Part shown: positions 62,005 to 64,000 of the stretch, piece by piece
Layout of the letters: every line of letters starts with the position of its first letter
How positions within the stretch are numbered: the first letter of the stretch is position 1
Assembly (NCBI GenBank): GCA_019058445.1
Contig: JAHPZA010000010.1
Coordinates: 576,001-640,000 of the forward strand
Direction of reading: 5' to 3'
DNA: 64,000 bases
From: Promethearchaeota archaeon
GTDB lineage: Archaea > Asgardarchaeota > Lokiarchaeia > Sigyniarchaeales > SOKP01
Notes under the pieces: generated by a model
What the model was told of the DNA's origin: nothing
Seen by the model: only the letters and a program-made list of their open reading frames with translations
Database searches by the model: none
Translations under genes and position numbers: made by a program

Positions 62005-62467
62005 AGGTCAATTATTTAAAAAAGTTCTGCCAGGAATTTTAACGCCTGATTTTAGAGCATATACCCCCAATATTTCTTATAAAGATTTATTAAGAGAAAG
62101 AATGGCACAACTATATAAAATCTTGAAGAAAAATAAGAAATGGATTTTGATCGGCTCGAGTCTTGGGGGTTTAATGGGAGCCTTATATACTTGTCAATTT
62201 CCAAACAAAGTATCTCTGTTAATTTTACTCGCTCCTGTTTTATCAACTCCATATCTAAATCCTATTAAATTTCAGCCTATTGATATTCCAGTCATAGTAT
62301 TTCATGGTAGGAATGACCAAGTTGTTCCATTAAAATCATCCCGGTCTCGAGCAGAAAAGTTGTTTACTAATCTAACCTATAACGTAGTTGATGATGATCA
62401 CATGCTACACTCCACCGTGTTAAAAATAAACTGGCCCCATTTGACAAGAATTTCAAACTCAATTTAA
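61952..62467 (+). CDS. Alpha/beta hydrolase (YqiA/UPF0227-like esterase)
   Basis: FIHGLES, GSSLGG, HG..D.VVP, DDH. Confidence 0.88.
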   Translation: MSNIIFIHGLESSGQGFKGQLFKKVLPGILTPDFRAYTPNISYKDLLRERMAQLYKILKKNKKWILIGSSLGGLMGALYTCQFPNKVSLLILLAPVLSTPYLNPIKFQPIDIPVIVFHGRNDQVVPLKSSRSRAEKLFTNLTYNVVDDDHMLHSTVLKINWPHLTRISNSI

Positions 62468-62624
62468 AGTTAAACTATATAGTATAAGATGTCCTTAAAA
62501 ACTGGACTCCAACTAATTTTTAATTGAGTATTAGTAGATTTTAATTGAGAGAATGTGATCATATATTTCTCTAAAATCATAAAAAATAAAAAAAATAAAA
62601 AAAATCACTAATATAAGGGAAAAA

Positions 62625-64000
62625 ATGTCAAAAAAAATTTATGTTTGCAGAAATTGTGGAAATACTTTCCCAGATGAGTTATCTCACCTTATTGAGAGTA
62701 AAACTCGGGTTTTCTGTGAACGGTGCGGAAGTCCATTTACCTTAGAGGGTATTAAATTTAAAGAACCCGAAATACAACGTAAAGAAAAAGAAAAAAAACC
62801 CCGGAAAACGTCTGAAGAAGAAACATCCCCCTTAGAGAGTATTATAAATGTATTAAATATTATCTCATGGATTCCAATACTTATTGTATCGATTGTACTG
62901 TTATTTATACCATTCCGTTTCCCTATGGGGATAGCGGGGATAATGATATCGCTTTATGATAAAAAATTCATTGCTAAAAGAGTAAAAGAGAAAAGATATG
63001 ATCGGATTTTTGTGGATTCTATTGGCCTTGGAATTTTGGGTTGTATTATTTTTGGTACTGGCGCCATACTGGTACTTAAAGGAGTTTTTATTTTTATTTA
63101 TGAAATAAGTAATTCACAAGATCAAACATTTTACGAATTTGGACTTAAAATCAAGACCTCGTTAAATAATTTTTCCGCTTTAGGTGCTATCATAATATTT
63201 CTCTTTGTAATCAATGCTTTCATTAACTTCAATATTTTTCCCGAATTTCCAACTGGAGTGTTTGTTGTATCCACTATATTTTTGATAAGTGCAATAATTG
63301 TAGATTTAAGATTAAGAAGTAAAATTAAAGAAAAAATTAAATTTTCTTTTGAATACGCTCTAATCTTGATTTTTTTTGGCATCATCGGATTATTTATGGG
63401 TGCGGCAGGTATTTTTATCTTGTTAAAAGGGGTAGTAATTCTTATTTTAGTATTTGGAAAGCCACCAGAAAGTAAAGAAATTGAGGTTGGCGAAGAATCA
63501 CCAATTGAAGATAAAAGAGAATTTAAAGAGATTGAACAACCTGCATATAAAGAACGGGATAAAGAGCTATCTATTCCAACTAAAAAGATAGATAAAGAAG
63601 AGCTGGAAATTCCAACTTCAGAAGAAGTTCCTGCAAGCAAAATTCCTAAAGAAAAACCAATAGAAAAAGCAGAAGATATTGCATTTAAGGAACAAATTAG
63701 CAAAGAGAAAGAAAAACCTAGAATTGATGAAGAAATAGAGATGGAAACCAGACTTCATGAATCTCTTTTGCCAATCAAGGATGATAAAGATAAAAAACTT
63801 GTTAAACAATATTTTTCAAAAATATTTACGGTCCTGTCAAAGGATATAAGGAAACAAATCAAAGATTTAGACATTCCGAATAAAGAAAAAAAAGATTTAT
63901 TACAAGAACTAGCATATCTCACAAAGGAAGAACAGATCAAATATATCGAGGCGATCGTCAATTTGTACTTAGAAAGATTACCAATTAAATTAATAGAACG
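62625..64000 (+). CDS. Zinc-ribbon + multi-TM + charged-tail hypothetical protein (runs off the window)
   Basis: Manual translation MSKKIYVCRNCG...FCERCG..., then hydrophobic helices and an E/K-rich region; not in the ORF track. Confidence 0.7.
   Translation, partial: MSKKIYVCRNCGNTFPDELSHLIESKTRVFCERCGSPFTLEGIKFKEPEIQRKEKEKKPRKTSEEETSPLESIINVLNIISWIPILIVSIVLLFIPFRFPMGIAGIMISLYDKKFIAKRVKEKRYDRIFVDSIGLGILGCIIFGTGAILVLKGVFIFIYEISNSQDQTFYEFGLKIKTSLNNFSALGAIIIFLFVINAFINFNIFPEFPTGVFVVSTIFLISAIIVDLRLRSKIKEKIKFSFEYALILIFFGIIGLFMGAAGIFILLKGVVILILVFGKPPESKEIEVGEESPIEDKREFKEIEQPAYKERDKELSIPTKKIDKEELEIPTSEEVPASKIPKEKPIEKAEDIAFKEQISKEKEKPRIDEEIEMETRLHESLLPIKDDKDKKLVKQYFSKIFTVLSKDIRKQIKDLDIPNKEKKDLLQELAYLTKEEQIKYIEAIVNLYLERLPIKLIE

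Noticed and set aside
1-64000. tRNA, rRNA, integrase or transposase genes; the splicing endonuclease gene
   Set aside because: None recognised in this window. EndA and RtcB would have to be encoded elsewhere.

Overview
AT-rich archaeal chromosome segment. Gene content points to an Asgard archaeon (Lokiarchaeia-like; inference): many small GTPases, Roadblock proteins, an EAP30/Vps22-like domain, a Loki-CTERM-type surface protein, TFB, and the rpoE1-spt4-DUF359-rps24e-rps27ae-kae1 cluster. The main discovery is the acetyl-CoA synthetase gene (acs, minus strand, 45051-47185). It looks like a broken pseudogene in the ORF track, but it is interrupted by four short insertions of 32, 60, 30 and 30 nt. 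Each folds by eye into a bulge-helix-bulge (BHB)-type structure with its flanking exons. Cutting at the canonical tRNA-splicing-endonuclease positions restores the conserved Acs motifs TADIGW, YPD, GEPINP and WQTETGG and gives one 660-aa ORF. This is a candidate multi-intron protein-coding gene in an Asgard archaeon. A diverged copy of the acs 3' end (about 37480-37720) brackets a ~7.3 kb island carrying a SNF2 helicase, a Cys-rich protein and a TPR-EAP30 fusion. Also present: four tandem atypical Rab-like GTPases, three tandem Arf/Rag-like GTPases, a Roadblock-Rab-LRR-transmembrane fusion, a PGRS-like Gly-rich surface protein and a hydrolase cluster. All assignments come from reading motifs by eye; no searches or folding programs were run.
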